Positions 10,924 through 20,693 are shown, numbered from the stretch's first letter. The stretch is 64,000 bases of DNA from Cyanobacteriota bacterium (GCA_046045965.1 JBJOKS010000008.1:32001-96000); one strand, 5' to 3'. The notes: generated from the letters alone by a model not told the origin. Numbers and translations are program-made.

Positions 10924-13122
10924 ATGAGAAAAAAACCCTATTCTCAGCAGAATTTATCTATATCTGGAATAAATAAACAGCAGTATCAATCTGTGCCTTT
11001 CATGTACACAGTTCAGCATGAAGAAAGTAATGAAGGAGGATTGAATATAGGCAGATTATTTGCAGTTATTCGCCGCAGAATACTAATAATTGGAATTGGA
11101 ACCACTACTGTTGCTTGTGCCAGTATAGGATTAGCTCTGAATAGTCCTCCAATGTATATTTCTAAATTTGAACTTTTAACTGAGCCAATAACCGCTGAAG
11201 ATAAAGTAGTCCGAGACAACAGATACAACAGACAAGAGGATTCTAACAAAGTTGATGAAACCAAATTGAAGATTTTACAAAGTCCTCAGCTGATGTCTCC
11301 TATCACTCAACAAGTTCAGATGTATTATCCAGGCAGCAGGACACCTCAACTCAAAATCAAACTCCTGCCAAATACTCAAATTTTAGAAGTTAGTTACCAA
11401 GATTCTAATCCTGAGAAAGTTTTATTTGTATTAAATAAAGCATCTGAATCTTACTTAAAATACAGTTTAGAGGAACGACAAACAGACACTAAGTTAGCAA
11501 TTAAATTTGTGGAAGAGCAACTACCACAAATGACGCAGAGAGTCGAAAACCTTCAGTTACAACTACAAATTTTTCGTCAAAAGTATGGCATTATTAATGC
11601 TGAAATTCAAAGTCAGCAGCTTGCTAGTCAATTTGATCAAATTGTGCAGAAACGGCTAGATAACGAAATACAATTGACTAGAACTCAAACACTTTACGCT
11701 AGTCTGCAAAAACAGTTGCAACTGGAAGCTGATGAAGCAGAAGCTATTTCAGCTTTGAGTGAGTCTCCTGATTACCAGAAGCTATTGAACCAACTCCAAG
11801 ATGTAGAAGCTCAAATTGCTATAAAATCCTCCCAATATACGGATAATAGCCCAAATATTCAAAATCTGCTAATTCAAAGACAAAATTTACGGGCTTTAGT
11901 AGACAAAGAAAAATTGCGGATTGTGGGAATAAAATTGTCAAACAAAACTACGAATTCTTTAGATTCAGCAGCACCAAATTCGGCTCGTCTGCGAGAAATA
12001 CAAAAATTTATTGAAGCACATAAGCAAATTCAAATATTAAAAACCCAAATCCAATTTCTTGCTCAATCTGAAAATTTTTTGCAGCAACAGGTTAAACAGT
12101 TTCCGGCGCTCATTCGTCAAAAAAATGATTTAGAACGGCAATTAAAAATCGCTGTTGATAACTTAAATAACTTTTTAAATGAACGGGAAAGATTGCGAAT
12201 AGATTCAGCCCAAAAGCAGATACCTTGGCAGATACTTACTCCTCCTAGTCAACCTCGAAATCTTGCAGTTACTAGCCATAGGTTAATTGTAGGAACAATT
12301 TTGGGATTATTATTAAGCATAGGACTTGCTTTGCTTATAGACAAGCTCAACAACGTCTTTTATAAACTTGAGGAAGTCAAAGATACAATTAAACTACCAA
12401 TATTAGGGAATATTCCTCATATTAGGTTTGGCAAGAATGGTAAGCCTGATCAAAAACATGATAGCTCAAACTTTTGGGAATCTTTCCACTCAGTTTATAC
12501 AAATATTTGTCTTCTCAATAGTGATAATGCTATCCGTTCTCTAGCAATTATTTCAGCCGCTCCTGGAGATGGTAAATCGACAATTGCTTTTTACTTAGCT
12601 CAGACAGCAGCAGTAATGGGTAAACGTGTGCTATTAGTAGATGGAAACTTGCGTAATCCTATTATACATAAAATGTTGGATTTACCCAACACAGAAGGAT
12701 TAAGCAACCTCATTGCTGAAGGGCTAAATTTTGAGAATGTTATCCAAAGACCCCATAGCTACATCAGAGAACAAATTTATAGTTCACAGAAAACAACTTT
12801 AAAAAATACAGAAGAATTATCTTTAGAGCATAAGTTGTTGATCTTAACTGCTGGTCAAATTACCCCAAATCCCACAATTTTACTTTCAGATCCTCAGATG
12901 CAAAACTTGACAGAAAAATTTAAGGAAAATTTTGATTTAATTATATATGACACATCACATCTCTTAGGTTTTGCAGATACTAGTCTCCTAACTAGGCACA
13001 CAGATGCAAGTATTTTGACTATAGGAGTAGGTAAAACAAAGTGTTCTGTTTTAGCCAAAGTATTAGAGCAATTAAATTTTTATTCTACTCCTATTTTGGG
13101 TGCGATCACTGTCAATATATAA
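10924..13122 (+). CDS. wzc: Polysaccharide co-polymerase / BY-kinase (Wzc/GumC family)
   Basis: Two TM segments flank a coiled-coil region; Walker A AAPGDGKST, A' VLLVDGNLRNP, B LIIYD. Confidence 0.85.
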   Translation: MRKKPYSQQNLSISGINKQQYQSVPFMYTVQHEESNEGGLNIGRLFAVIRRRILIIGIGTTTVACASIGLALNSPPMYISKFELLTEPITAEDKVVRDNRYNRQEDSNKVDETKLKILQSPQLMSPITQQVQMYYPGSRTPQLKIKLLPNTQILEVSYQDSNPEKVLFVLNKASESYLKYSLEERQTDTKLAIKFVEEQLPQMTQRVENLQLQLQIFRQKYGIINAEIQSQQLASQFDQIVQKRLDNEIQLTRTQTLYASLQKQLQLEADEAEAISALSESPDYQKLLNQLQDVEAQIAIKSSQYTDNSPNIQNLLIQRQNLRALVDKEKLRIVGIKLSNKTTNSLDSAAPNSARLREIQKFIEAHKQIQILKTQIQFLAQSENFLQQQVKQFPALIRQKNDLERQLKIAVDNLNNFLNERERLRIDSAQKQIPWQILTPPSQPRNLAVTSHRLIVGTILGLLLSIGLALLIDKLNNVFYKLEEVKDTIKLPILGNIPHIRFGKNGKPDQKHDSSNFWESFHSVYTNICLLNSDNAIRSLAIISAAPGDGKSTIAFYLAQTAAVMGKRVLLVDGNLRNPIIHKMLDLPNTEGLSNLIAEGLNFENVIQRPHSYIREQIYSSQKTTLKNTEELSLEHKLLILTAGQITPNPTILLSDPQMQNLTEKFKENFDLIIYDTSHLLGFADTSLLTRHTDASILTIGVGKTKCSVLAKVLEQLNFYSTPILGAITVNI

Positions 13123-13228
13123 GGACAAAATATTAGGTTTTTAACCCTGTCAAATAACAAATAGTAATGGCTAAGGATTCGCATGATATTTTTACTAGCT
13201 TTGAATTGTCAAACTCCAGTTTAAAACT

Positions 13229-14071
13229 TTGTCAACACAACAATATAAAAAAGAGATGCTAACTGCCAACAACCAAATTTCAATTCAATACTTAAATCCA
13301 TCTCAGGAATTTGAAGCTTCAAAAATCCCGGCAAAAATAGATATCATTGGCTCTCCTGTTACTGCTTTACCTTTTGAGGTACAAATAAATATCATATTAG
13401 AATGGGCGATAAGTAAAGTCAGTAAAGTTATTTGCGTAGCTAATACCCATATGCTTGTGGAAGCTTATTGGCATCCAGATTTTTCCTCTGTTTTAAAGAG
13501 TGCAGATATTGTTACTCCTGACGGGATGCCGCTGGTTTGGATGTTGAAACTCATGGGTGCAGGTACTCAAAATCGCGTTGCGGGTGTGGATATTCTTTTA
13601 TCTTTGTGTAAATTAGCTCCACTCAGAGACATTAATCTTTTCTTCTTGGGTTCTGATGTAGTAATTCTAGAGAAGATGCGAAAGAATTTAGAGCGTGTCT
13701 TTCCGAATGTGAAAATTGCTGGAATGGAACCTTTACCATTTCGTCCACTCACATTGCAAGAGGATGAAGAGATTATCAAAAAAATTAATGACAGTGGGGC
13801 TGGAATAGTTTTAGTAGCTCTAGGATGTCCTAAACAAGAGTATTGGATGAATCAACATAAAGGCAAAATTCAGGCTGTGATGATTGGTTTGGGGGGAGCA
13901 TTTCCTGTCTTGGCAGAAAGCCATAAAAGAGCGCCCTATTGGATACGTCATTTAGGGGGTGAGTGGTTTTATCGTCTGATTCAGGAACCATTGAGACTAT
14001 TTAGTCGATACAGTACAACTATCCCAGTTTTTATCTGGCTGGCTTTAAAGCAAATCCTAAATTTAGCGTAA
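13229..14071 (+). CDS. WecB/TagA/CpsF family glycosyltransferase (GT26)
   Basis: TPDGMPLVW, RVAGVD, LGCPKQE, RAP...EWFYRLIQEP motifs; start is TTG 13229 or ATG 13256. Confidence 0.9.
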   Translation: MSTQQYKKEMLTANNQISIQYLNPSQEFEASKIPAKIDIIGSPVTALPFEVQINIILEWAISKVSKVICVANTHMLVEAYWHPDFSSVLKSADIVTPDGMPLVWMLKLMGAGTQNRVAGVDILLSLCKLAPLRDINLFFLGSDVVILEKMRKNLERVFPNVKIAGMEPLPFRPLTLQEDEEIIKKINDSGAGIVLVALGCPKQEYWMNQHKGKIQAVMIGLGGAFPVLAESHKRAPYWIRHLGGEWFYRLIQEPLRLFSRYSTTIPVFIWLALKQILNLA

Positions 14072-14224
14072 CTATTCAGGCCTCATTGGTGAGAAGTTAA
14101 GCCAGTAAATATTTTGTCACAAAGCTTTCCGAGAATTATTGAAAAAACCTGTTCAGACCATCGTTGAATCTGAGGAAAAGGAGGATTTTAGCACTAATTA
14201 TTTTAAATCACAAATTATGATTTA

Positions 14225-14353
14225 TAAGTAGTCGTGCAAAATAAATTTTATATTTGGGAGAGGGAACAGGGAACAGGGAACGGGGAACAGATAAGAACTA
14301 CAGAGATTTTTGTTGGTTTCAAAAATGTTAAATTAATTTTGCTCAGGTACTTA
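14225..14353. mobile_element. MITE-like element (~129 bp) enclosing AGGGAAC STRR repeats
   Basis: Imperfect terminal inverted repeats TAAGTAGTCGTGCAAAATAAATTT / TAAATTAATTTTGCTCAGGTACTTA; about 4 AGGGAAC heptamers at 14261-14290. Confidence 0.6.
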
Positions 14354-14464
14354 GCAAGCATTTGACTTTTGACTTTTGCTATACCTTCCTTTTGAGGGAA
14401 GAATCACCTGATTGAACAGACAGAAGATAAAGATGACTGTCTTTCAAGATGGAAATTATTTGCT

Positions 14465-14740
14465 ATGTCATCAATATTATTAGCAGTTCAAGCCACTGTC
14501 CCCAATACCGGAACTACTTGGAACTGGTCAGCAACACCAGTTATCATTGGCAGTTGTTTATTAATGCTTGTCCTTGCTGGTTGGTCTATCCGCTATCCCC
14601 AGGTAGGTCCAAAAATGCCTTTACCTTTCCCTGGACTTTTCAATCATCCTAGTGTTGCTACATTCTTAGCAGCGATGAGTTTTGGTCATATTGTCGGTGT
14701 GGCTGCGGTTTTAGGTTTGACCAATATTGGTGTTTTTTGA
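14465..14740 (+). CDS. psaK: Photosystem I reaction center subunit PsaK
   Basis: 91 aa, two TM helices, GPKMP loop, [25 protein letters not shown]-terminus. Confidence 0.9.
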   Translation: MSSILLAVQATVPNTGTTWNWSATPVIIGSCLLMLVLAGWSIRYPQVGPKMPLPFPGLFNHPSVATFLAAMSFGHIVGVAAVLGLTNIGVF

Positions 14741-14833
14741 CACTCCCTGGTCTAAAGACACGGGGATTCTTGGTTCAATGAGACCACTTAAACTAGACTC
14801 CTTGCGTTATCTAGCTCAGAGGTGGGACTCTCC

Positions 14834-14879
14834 ACGCCAGTTGCTTCAAGTCGGGAAACCCGCCCAACGCACTGGCTCC
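14834..14879 (+). repeat. Small dispersed repeat (~46 bp) inserted in the IS605 right end
   Basis: ACGCCAGTTGC...GCACTGGCTCC with GCCAGT/ACTGGC stem, flanked by a duplicated CTCC; a related copy lies at 15038-15082. Confidence 0.65.
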
Positions 14880-15037
14880 CAAGCGTTAACTTTCGGTCTG
14901 CCCGACCGTAGTTGCATGACTGCAAGTCCTGTTGAGCATGAAACAATTTGTTTCAAAATTCTGATTCGTCTAGCTCCTATAAATCTTTTACCTACTGCTA
15001 GGAAGAAACTAGAACAATGCAGTAGAACCGCATAGAT

Positions 15038-15082
15038 GAGGCAGTGCGGTCTTGGGGTCTCCCCAAGTAGAGCAACCGCCGT
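15038..15082 (-). repeat. Small dispersed repeat, same family as 14834-14879, opposite orientation
   Basis: Reverse complement ACGGCGGTTGCTCTACTTGGGGAGACCCCAAGACCGCACTGCCTC aligns with the first copy; internal CTTGGGG/CCCCAAG hairpin. Confidence 0.65.
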
Positions 15083-15288
15083 TTAATTGTCAAGGTACAG
15101 ATTGCCGTTAAGCAGTTAGGTTTTTATACAGGTTGATTACCATTCCTGTTACAAGTAGTATAACACAAGTCGTTGGAGGCTAAAGCCTCTAACTGGCTTT
15201 CATCCCCGGCTTAAAAGACATTAACACCTAAAAATTTTGGGGATTTTTAGGTGTCAATTCCGGGGTTTTCAGCCTATTTTCTTATAAG

Positions 15289-15339
15289 AACTTGACAAAA
15301 ACACTTGGTGAATCAAATTTGTCAGGTGCTTTATTTTTA
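15289..15339 (+). terminator. Probable original psaK intrinsic terminator, displaced by the insertion
   Basis: ACTTGACAAA...TTTGTCAGGT stem followed by a T-rich tract, immediately after the reconstructed TAA. Confidence 0.5.
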
Positions 15340-15582
15340 TGGTGATCAGGAAATAGGCTGAAAACCCTCAAAATCTTATTTCTCTGTGTCCTCTGCGTCC
15401 TCTGTGGTTCGCTTTTCAATTACTTGTGCGTAAGTCCTGCGAAAATTTCTCTAATTTAAATCTGTTATAGCGCATCAGAGTAAATTAATTGTTTATTCTA
15501 GAAATAAGATCCCTAGTTTTGATTCATCAACTAGTGTTCATAGGTGAGTAATGTATAAAAACTAGATAAAGAAATTGATGTA

Positions 15583-16782
15583 ATGCAAAAAAATTGGCAA
15601 ATTGGATCTTTATTTGGCATTCCATTGTTTTTAGACCCGTTATGGTTTGTAATTTTAGGGTTGGCGACTTTAAATTTTGGGGTTGCTTACCAACAATGGG
15701 GAAATGCCACAGCTTGGAGTGCTGGACTGGTGATGGCACTGCTGTTATTTACGTCTGTGCTGTTACATGAGTTAGGACATAGCTTGGTAGCACAGTCTCA
15801 AGGGATTAAAGTTAATTCCATCACGCTGTTTTTCTTTGGTGGTATTGCGGCGATAGAGGAGGAGTCAAAAACACCGGGTAAAGCGTTTCAAGTGGCGATC
15901 GCAGGTCCTGCGGTAAGTATAGTCTTGTTTTTGCTGCTAACTCTAGGTTATAATGTCATTCCTGATACTACACTATTGAGTGTAATGGTGAGGGATTTAG
16001 CAAGAATTAACTTGGTTGTGGCTTTATTTAACTTGATTCCTGGTTTACCTCTGGATGGGGGACAGGTGTTAAAAGCAGCACTTTGGAAAGTTACAGGCGA
16101 TCGCTTTCAAGCGGTACATTGGGCAGCCCGGTCTGGACAGATTTTAGGTTATGGTGCGATCGCTCTGGGATTTGCGATAGATTTCTTTACCAGGGAACTA
16201 ATCACAGGTTTATGGATTGTACTATTAGGTTGGTTTGCAATTCGCAACGCTAACAGCTACGACAGTGTAACCACATTACAAGAAACCCTACTCAAACTAG
16301 TAGCTAGTGATGCTATGACCCGTGATTTTCGCGTAGTTGATGCAAATCAAACATTACGAGAGTTTGCTGACTTATATCTTTTAGAAACATCCTCCCCACA
16401 AGTTTATTTTGCCGCTGCTGATGGACGTTACCGGGGTTTAGTAAAAGTTGATGATTTGCGGACAACCGAAAGAAGTCAGTGGGAAACTGAAACTGTACAA
16501 AAAATTGTTCATCCCCTAAATACAATACCCACCGTTAGCGAATCAACTTCTTTAGCAGAAGTTATTAACAAGCTGGAAAACGAACAGCTACACCAAATCA
16601 CGGTACTTTCTCCCGCAGGTGCTGTAGCTGGTGTAATTGACAGGGGAGATACTGTTAAGTGTTTAGCACAAAAGTTAAATTTGCGAGTCACTGAAGCGGA
16701 AATTAAGCGGGTTAAAGAAGAAGCTAGTTTTCCTCCAGGGTTGCAACTAGGAGTAATAGCGAAGTCAGTAGGTGATAGGTGA
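15583..16782 (+). CDS. Site-2 protease (peptidase M50) with CBS domains
   Basis: HELGH, AIAGP and FNLIPGLPLDGG motifs; C-terminal CBS pair. Confidence 0.92.
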   Translation: MQKNWQIGSLFGIPLFLDPLWFVILGLATLNFGVAYQQWGNATAWSAGLVMALLLFTSVLLHELGHSLVAQSQGIKVNSITLFFFGGIAAIEEESKTPGKAFQVAIAGPAVSIVLFLLLTLGYNVIPDTTLLSVMVRDLARINLVVALFNLIPGLPLDGGQVLKAALWKVTGDRFQAVHWAARSGQILGYGAIALGFAIDFFTRELITGLWIVLLGWFAIRNANSYDSVTTLQETLLKLVASDAMTRDFRVVDANQTLREFADLYLLETSSPQVYFAAADGRYRGLVKVDDLRTTERSQWETETVQKIVHPLNTIPTVSESTSLAEVINKLENEQLHQITVLSPAGAVAGVIDRGDTVKCLAQKLNLRVTEAEIKRVKEEASFPPGLQLGVIAKSVGDR

Positions 16783-16893
16783 CTGGGGACTGGAGACTGG
16801 GCAAGAAAATTTTAAATTTTAGATTTTAGATTGGATTTCATGAAATACAATCCAAGATCCAAAATCCAAAATCCAAAGTCCAAAATCCAAAAT
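16780..16893. repeat. STRR heptamer tandem repeats (GACTGGG, TTTTAGA, AAAATCC)
   Basis: Directly visible 7-bp repeats between convergent genes. Confidence 0.75.
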
Positions 16894-16941
16894 AAATAAC
16901 TTCTGACTACTGCTATAATTCGTAATTAATAAATTCAGATA

Positions 16942-16962
16942 AGGGTGGAAAAAATCCACCCT
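16942..16962. terminator. Hairpin downstream of katB
   Basis: AGGGTGGA-AAAAA-TCCACCCT perfect 8-bp stem. Confidence 0.55.
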
Positions 16963-17003
16963 AAGTAGTACAAAACTGTATCTAAATTAAAATCTGCTAA
17001 TTA

Positions 17004-17696
17004 TTAAGTTCGAGTTTCTAAAGGATTGGCGACATAGTTAAATGTTGGTTCAGAATTCCAAGGACCACGTTGTTCTTCTTCATTTCCATTTGTTGATAAG
17101 TTATAGTAAAGATAAACCGTTTCATCTGGTTGAACATTACCAAATAAAGGATCAGTTAACTTACCTAAAGAATCTAGAGCTTTCATGAACATTTGGGTAT
17201 GAGAAACTTCTCTTGTCAAAAGATGGACTAAAGTGTTTTTAGTTCCCTGATCTGTGGCCAGCTTAATTAACTCTTCATAAGTTTGCCGAGCGCCACCTTC
17301 TGCGGCAATATTCGCCCGTAAATCACGGACTACATCACCACCTTCATTCAAGTAATTTGCAGTCCAAGCGTGACCTTGACTATCAAGAAAATGCGGTCCA
17401 ATGCCGCGAATAGCAAAAAGAGTGCTTCTGTAAGCTTCGGTTTGGTCGGTATTTTTTGTATGAGCTTCAATGAGTTTACCAACCATCTCTAAATGACCGA
17501 ATTCTTCAATAGCAATATCTTGGAGCATATCCCGAATACCAGGATTTTCAACATGAAAAGATTGCACCCAATATTGCAAAGCTGCTGTGAGTTCTCCGGT
17601 TGCACCACCAAATTGCTCTAGGAGTAATTGAGCAAAACGAGGGTTACATTCATCAACTTTGACAGAATGAATCGGTTCTTTTTTGTGAAAAAACAT
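17004..17696 (-). CDS. katB: Manganese catalase
   Basis: MFFHKKEPIH...LLEQFGGATGEL, DIAIEEFGHLEM, ANIAAE and LTREVSH; closely resembles the Anabaena Mn-catalase KatB. Confidence 0.9.
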   Translation of the reverse strand: MFFHKKEPIHSVKVDECNPRFAQLLLEQFGGATGELTAALQYWVQSFHVENPGIRDMLQDIAIEEFGHLEMVGKLIEAHTKNTDQTEAYRSTLFAIRGIGPHFLDSQGHAWTANYLNEGGDVVRDLRANIAAEGGARQTYEELIKLATDQGTKNTLVHLLTREVSHTQMFMKALDSLGKLTDPLFGNVQPDETVYLYYNLSTNGNEEEQRGPWNSEPTFNYVANPLETRT

Positions 17697-17748
17697 ACAA
17701 GTAAGTAATTTAAACTTCTAATTTCTAACTTCCAAATTTATTCTCAAT

Positions 17749-18024
17749 TTAGGCTCGGCTACTTCTTTGCAAAAGTGTCCATAGATAAATAGCAATTATT
17801 GCGCCAATTATTGCCACAAAAATACCAGGAATACTTAAAGTAGTCGCCGTAACTTGTAGAGTGCCTGTGCGGAGGAGTGTAAACAAAGTTCCACCAATAA
17901 AAGCACCAACAATACCTAGAATTATTGTTGAGAGAATACCACCACCTTGACGACCTGGATAAACAGCTTTTGCAAGCGCACCGGCTAATAGTCCTAAAAT
18001 TATCCAAGCAATAATATTAATCAT
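17749..18024 (-). CDS. GlsB/YeaQ/YmgE (transglycosylase-associated) stress membrane protein
   Basis: NIIAWIILGLLAGALAKAVYPG...LGIVGAFIGG; start at ATG 18024. Confidence 0.88.
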   Translation of the reverse strand: MINIIAWIILGLLAGALAKAVYPGRQGGGILSTIILGIVGAFIGGTLFTLLRTGTLQVTATTLSIPGIFVAIIGAIIAIYLWTLLQRSSRA

Positions 18025-18228
18025 TGCTGATTGCCTCAATCATTTAATTAATTCGCTCTGTATCAAATTTATCGAACATTAAGTTTGGTTATTTCTACCA
18101 TTTGATATATTTCTCTAAATCAAAAGTTGGAGATATTTAGAGAATAATTAAGAAGTTCAAGGAGTATGACTTATGTCTAGGTTCGCTATCAAAAGTTTTA
18201 AGTTTTCAGTTTTAATTTAATAAAAATA

Positions 18229-18257
18229 TACCCGAATTCTTAGAGAAGCCGGGTATC
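18229..18257. repeat. REP-like palindrome (ATCCCC/ATACCC...TTC-N-GAA...CGGGGAT family)
   Basis: TACCCGAATTCTTAGAGAAGCCGGGTAT; related copies at 22243-22275 and 28312-28343. Confidence 0.6.
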
Positions 18258-18413
18258 TAAACAATTAAAAGCATGAAGAATGAAGAATTTAGAATGTAGA
18301 ATTACTTTTGGCAACGGGGATTTTACCCCGACGCAAAACCCGCTGCTTGTAGAAGCAGGGGACTTTCACCCCCAAAGGTAAGTTAAACAATTACCAATTA
18401 CCAATTACCATAC

Positions 18414-19796
18414 TCAAATGGCACGAGAGAATTTTGTTTCTCTAATTCTGCTATGAGTATCGAAGTTAACGGCAATGTTTCTGACTAGTAATCTCCCCGT
18501 ATCTGTGATTTGGATTTCGTCGGCTAATAAATTCACTAGTCCATCATTTTCTAGAGGTTTTAACTCTTCTAGTTCCTGGTAGAAATAGCTATCAAAATCA
18601 ATGTGATATTTACGTTCAATATCTGACTTATGTAGCTGAAAGTGAGACATTATAGACATAATTACATCCCGTCTGATGATGTCATCTTGGGTTAATTTAA
18701 TGCCTTTACTTGTGGGAATAATACCTGCTGAAACAGCCTGATAATAGTCCTTTAAGCCTTTATGGTTCTGAGCATAAGCATCTTCTAGCATACTAATAGA
18801 TGTGGAACCAAAACCAAAAAGTTCTGTTTCTGCGTGGGTGGTGTAACCTTGGAAGTTGCGTTTGAGTGTACCATGACGTTGAGCGATCGCTAATTCATTA
18901 TTAGTTTTGGCAAAATGATCCATACCAATAAACAAATACTCGTTATTTGTTAACTCTTCAATGGTCATTTTCAGAATATCTAACTTTTCCTGGGCTGTAG
19001 GTAATGAATCTTCAGAAATTCTTTTTTGTACAGGTTTTACCCAAGGTACATAGGCAAAGTTAAACACCACAATTCGGTCAGGATCTAAAGCGATAGTCTT
19101 TTTGACTGTTTCCTGAAAAGTATGCAGATTTTGGTAGGGTAAACCATAAATTAAGTCTACATTCACACTGGCAAAATTAGCCTCTTTAATCCAATCCATT
19201 GCCTCAAAAAGCATTTTTTCTGGTTGAATACGATTAACGGCTTCTTGCACTTGGGGGTTAAAGTCTTGGATACCAAAACTAATGCGATTAAAGCCAATAT
19301 CTCTGAGAAATCGAATGTATTCTTTATTGACATAGCGGGGGTTAATTTCAATGGAAATTTCTGCTTGTGAATCAATATTGAAATAACGGTTGATCTTGTT
19401 CCACAAAAATTCAACTTGGTGCATTTCTAAATAATTAGGTGTACCTCCACCCCAATGCACCTGAAGCACTTTTCGGCTTGTATCAATCAACTCTGTGGTG
19501 TTTTTGATTTCCTGTGCCAAATTTTGTAGGTAAGGTTTGGCAATATTCTTGTTATTAGAAATTACCGTATTACAACCACAAAAATAACAAGCACTTTGAC
19601 AAAAAGGAATGTGGAAATACAAAGATAACGGCGTTTGACGTTGATTAGAATTAATGATGGCTAGTTCAAAATCTGGCGCGGTGAATGTTTCTATTAATTC
19701 TGTAGCGGGTGGGTAGCTGGTGTATCTGGGTGCGCGAGTGTCATACTTTTTAATCAAGTCTAGATCGAACTTGACACCAGGTAATAGAAAGACCAT
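18414..19796 (-). CDS. hemN: Oxygen-independent coproporphyrinogen III oxidase (radical SAM)
   Basis: PRYTSYP, HIPFCQSACYFCGC (CxxxCxxC), GGGTP, GMDHF and RNFQGY; ATG 19796 with upstream GGAGG. Confidence 0.95.
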   Translation of the reverse strand: MVFLLPGVKFDLDLIKKYDTRAPRYTSYPPATELIETFTAPDFELAIINSNQRQTPLSLYFHIPFCQSACYFCGCNTVISNNKNIAKPYLQNLAQEIKNTTELIDTSRKVLQVHWGGGTPNYLEMHQVEFLWNKINRYFNIDSQAEISIEINPRYVNKEYIRFLRDIGFNRISFGIQDFNPQVQEAVNRIQPEKMLFEAMDWIKEANFASVNVDLIYGLPYQNLHTFQETVKKTIALDPDRIVVFNFAYVPWVKPVQKRISEDSLPTAQEKLDILKMTIEELTNNEYLFIGMDHFAKTNNELAIAQRHGTLKRNFQGYTTHAETELFGFGSTSISMLEDAYAQNHKGLKDYYQAVSAGIIPTSKGIKLTQDDIIRRDVIMSIMSHFQLHKSDIERKYHIDFDSYFYQELEELKPLENDGLVNLLADEIQITDTGRLLVRNIAVNFDTHSRIRETKFSRAI

Positions 19797-20018
19797 CAAA
19801 ACCTCCGAGTTGCTGTTAGTTTAACGCCTAGTGGTTGTACCAATGTTGAATTGTAGATTGGGAATAGTTACGGTTATTTTCCCAATTTGTTGTTGTAAAA
19901 TTGGCATTGTTTTGTGAGGAAATGCCAATATATTTGTATGCTTCAGCTTAAATTACTGAAACTAATTAGCTAGGACTTACTTCAAGAAACCCGGTGTTGA
20001 TTAAAAATACTATCAGCA

Positions 20019-20693
20019 TCAAACTAGGTCGTTATATGTAGCTCGACCTAATGCTTGCATTAAAATTGGTTCTAACTCTTTAATTATCTCCATATTCAGG
20101 TAAAAAGCATGGTTAGCTTCTGCTACAATTTTGTCAGCAGTTGTATCATCAACGGGTACGTTATCTAATGCTTGACGATACTTGTTTTTGAATTCCTGCT
20201 TATCGGGAATTTGCTCGAAATTGTAAAAGGAAGTTCCTTCATATCCAGACAGTTTTAAGGCTGATTGAGCAATTTTTTGTAGCATTTGTCCACCGGAAAG
20301 ATCACCCATATAACGGGTATAGGTATGACCTAATAACAAAGCAGGTTCATGGGTAGAAAGTTGGTGAATGCGCTTAATGTAATTTTGAGTTGCTATTGAT
20401 GGTGTAATCAAGTTTCGCCAGAGATTACCATTGTAAAATAACATATCTTTTTCAAGAGATGCTTGGCGATTTAGTTCGGGAAAATACATTACACTAATTA
20501 CAGGATGTTGTTTATTTTTCTCAATTGCTGTTTCTAGTTCACTGTAAACAAAATACAGATTACTCAAAAACTTAATAAAGCATTCTCTATCTACAACTCC
20601 TTGGACAAAACATTTCATAAAACCGACATTTTCTGCGTCTGTATGAGCTTGTTGAGTACCAGAACGCAGTTTGATGGCTAAATTATTACTCAT
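20019..20693 (-). CDS. ho2: Heme oxygenase (biliverdin-producing; low-oxygen Ho2 type by context)
   Basis: LRSGTQQAHTDAE and HTYTRYMGDLSGGQML motifs; adjacent to hemN and acsF. Confidence 0.85.
   Translation of the reverse strand: MSNNLAIKLRSGTQQAHTDAENVGFMKCFVQGVVDRECFIKFLSNLYFVYSELETAIEKNKQHPVISVMYFPELNRQASLEKDMLFYNGNLWRNLITPSIATQNYIKRIHQLSTHEPALLLGHTYTRYMGDLSGGQMLQKIAQSALKLSGYEGTSFYNFEQIPDKQEFKNKYRQALDNVPVDDTTADKIVAEANHAFYLNMEIIKELEPILMQALGRATYNDLV

Larger units (their letters stand above)
14737..15283 (-). mobile_element. Non-autonomous IS200/IS605-family derivative (no tnpA/tnpB), retaining LE, RE and a probable omegaRNA/reRNA-type right end
   Basis: Minus-strand RE is GAAT-CCCCGTGTCTTTAGACCAGGG-AGTG-TCAA. 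LE is TTAT|AAGAAAATAGGCTG-AAAA-CCCCGG...CCGGGG. Precise removal restores psaK ...GGT GTT TTA TAA. Confidence 0.85.

Noticed and set aside
14727..15035. 102-aa ORF overlapping the psaK end
   Set aside because: It reads through the antisense strand of the IS605 right end and an inserted repeat, and has no protein motif.
15263..15367. 17-bp inverted repeat (GGGTTTTCAGCCTATTT / AAATAGGCTGAAAACCC) as the TIRs of a separate element
   Set aside because: The left copy is better explained as the IS605 LE, given the exact psaK empty-site reconstruction. The right copy may be a remnant of another end; this is unresolved.
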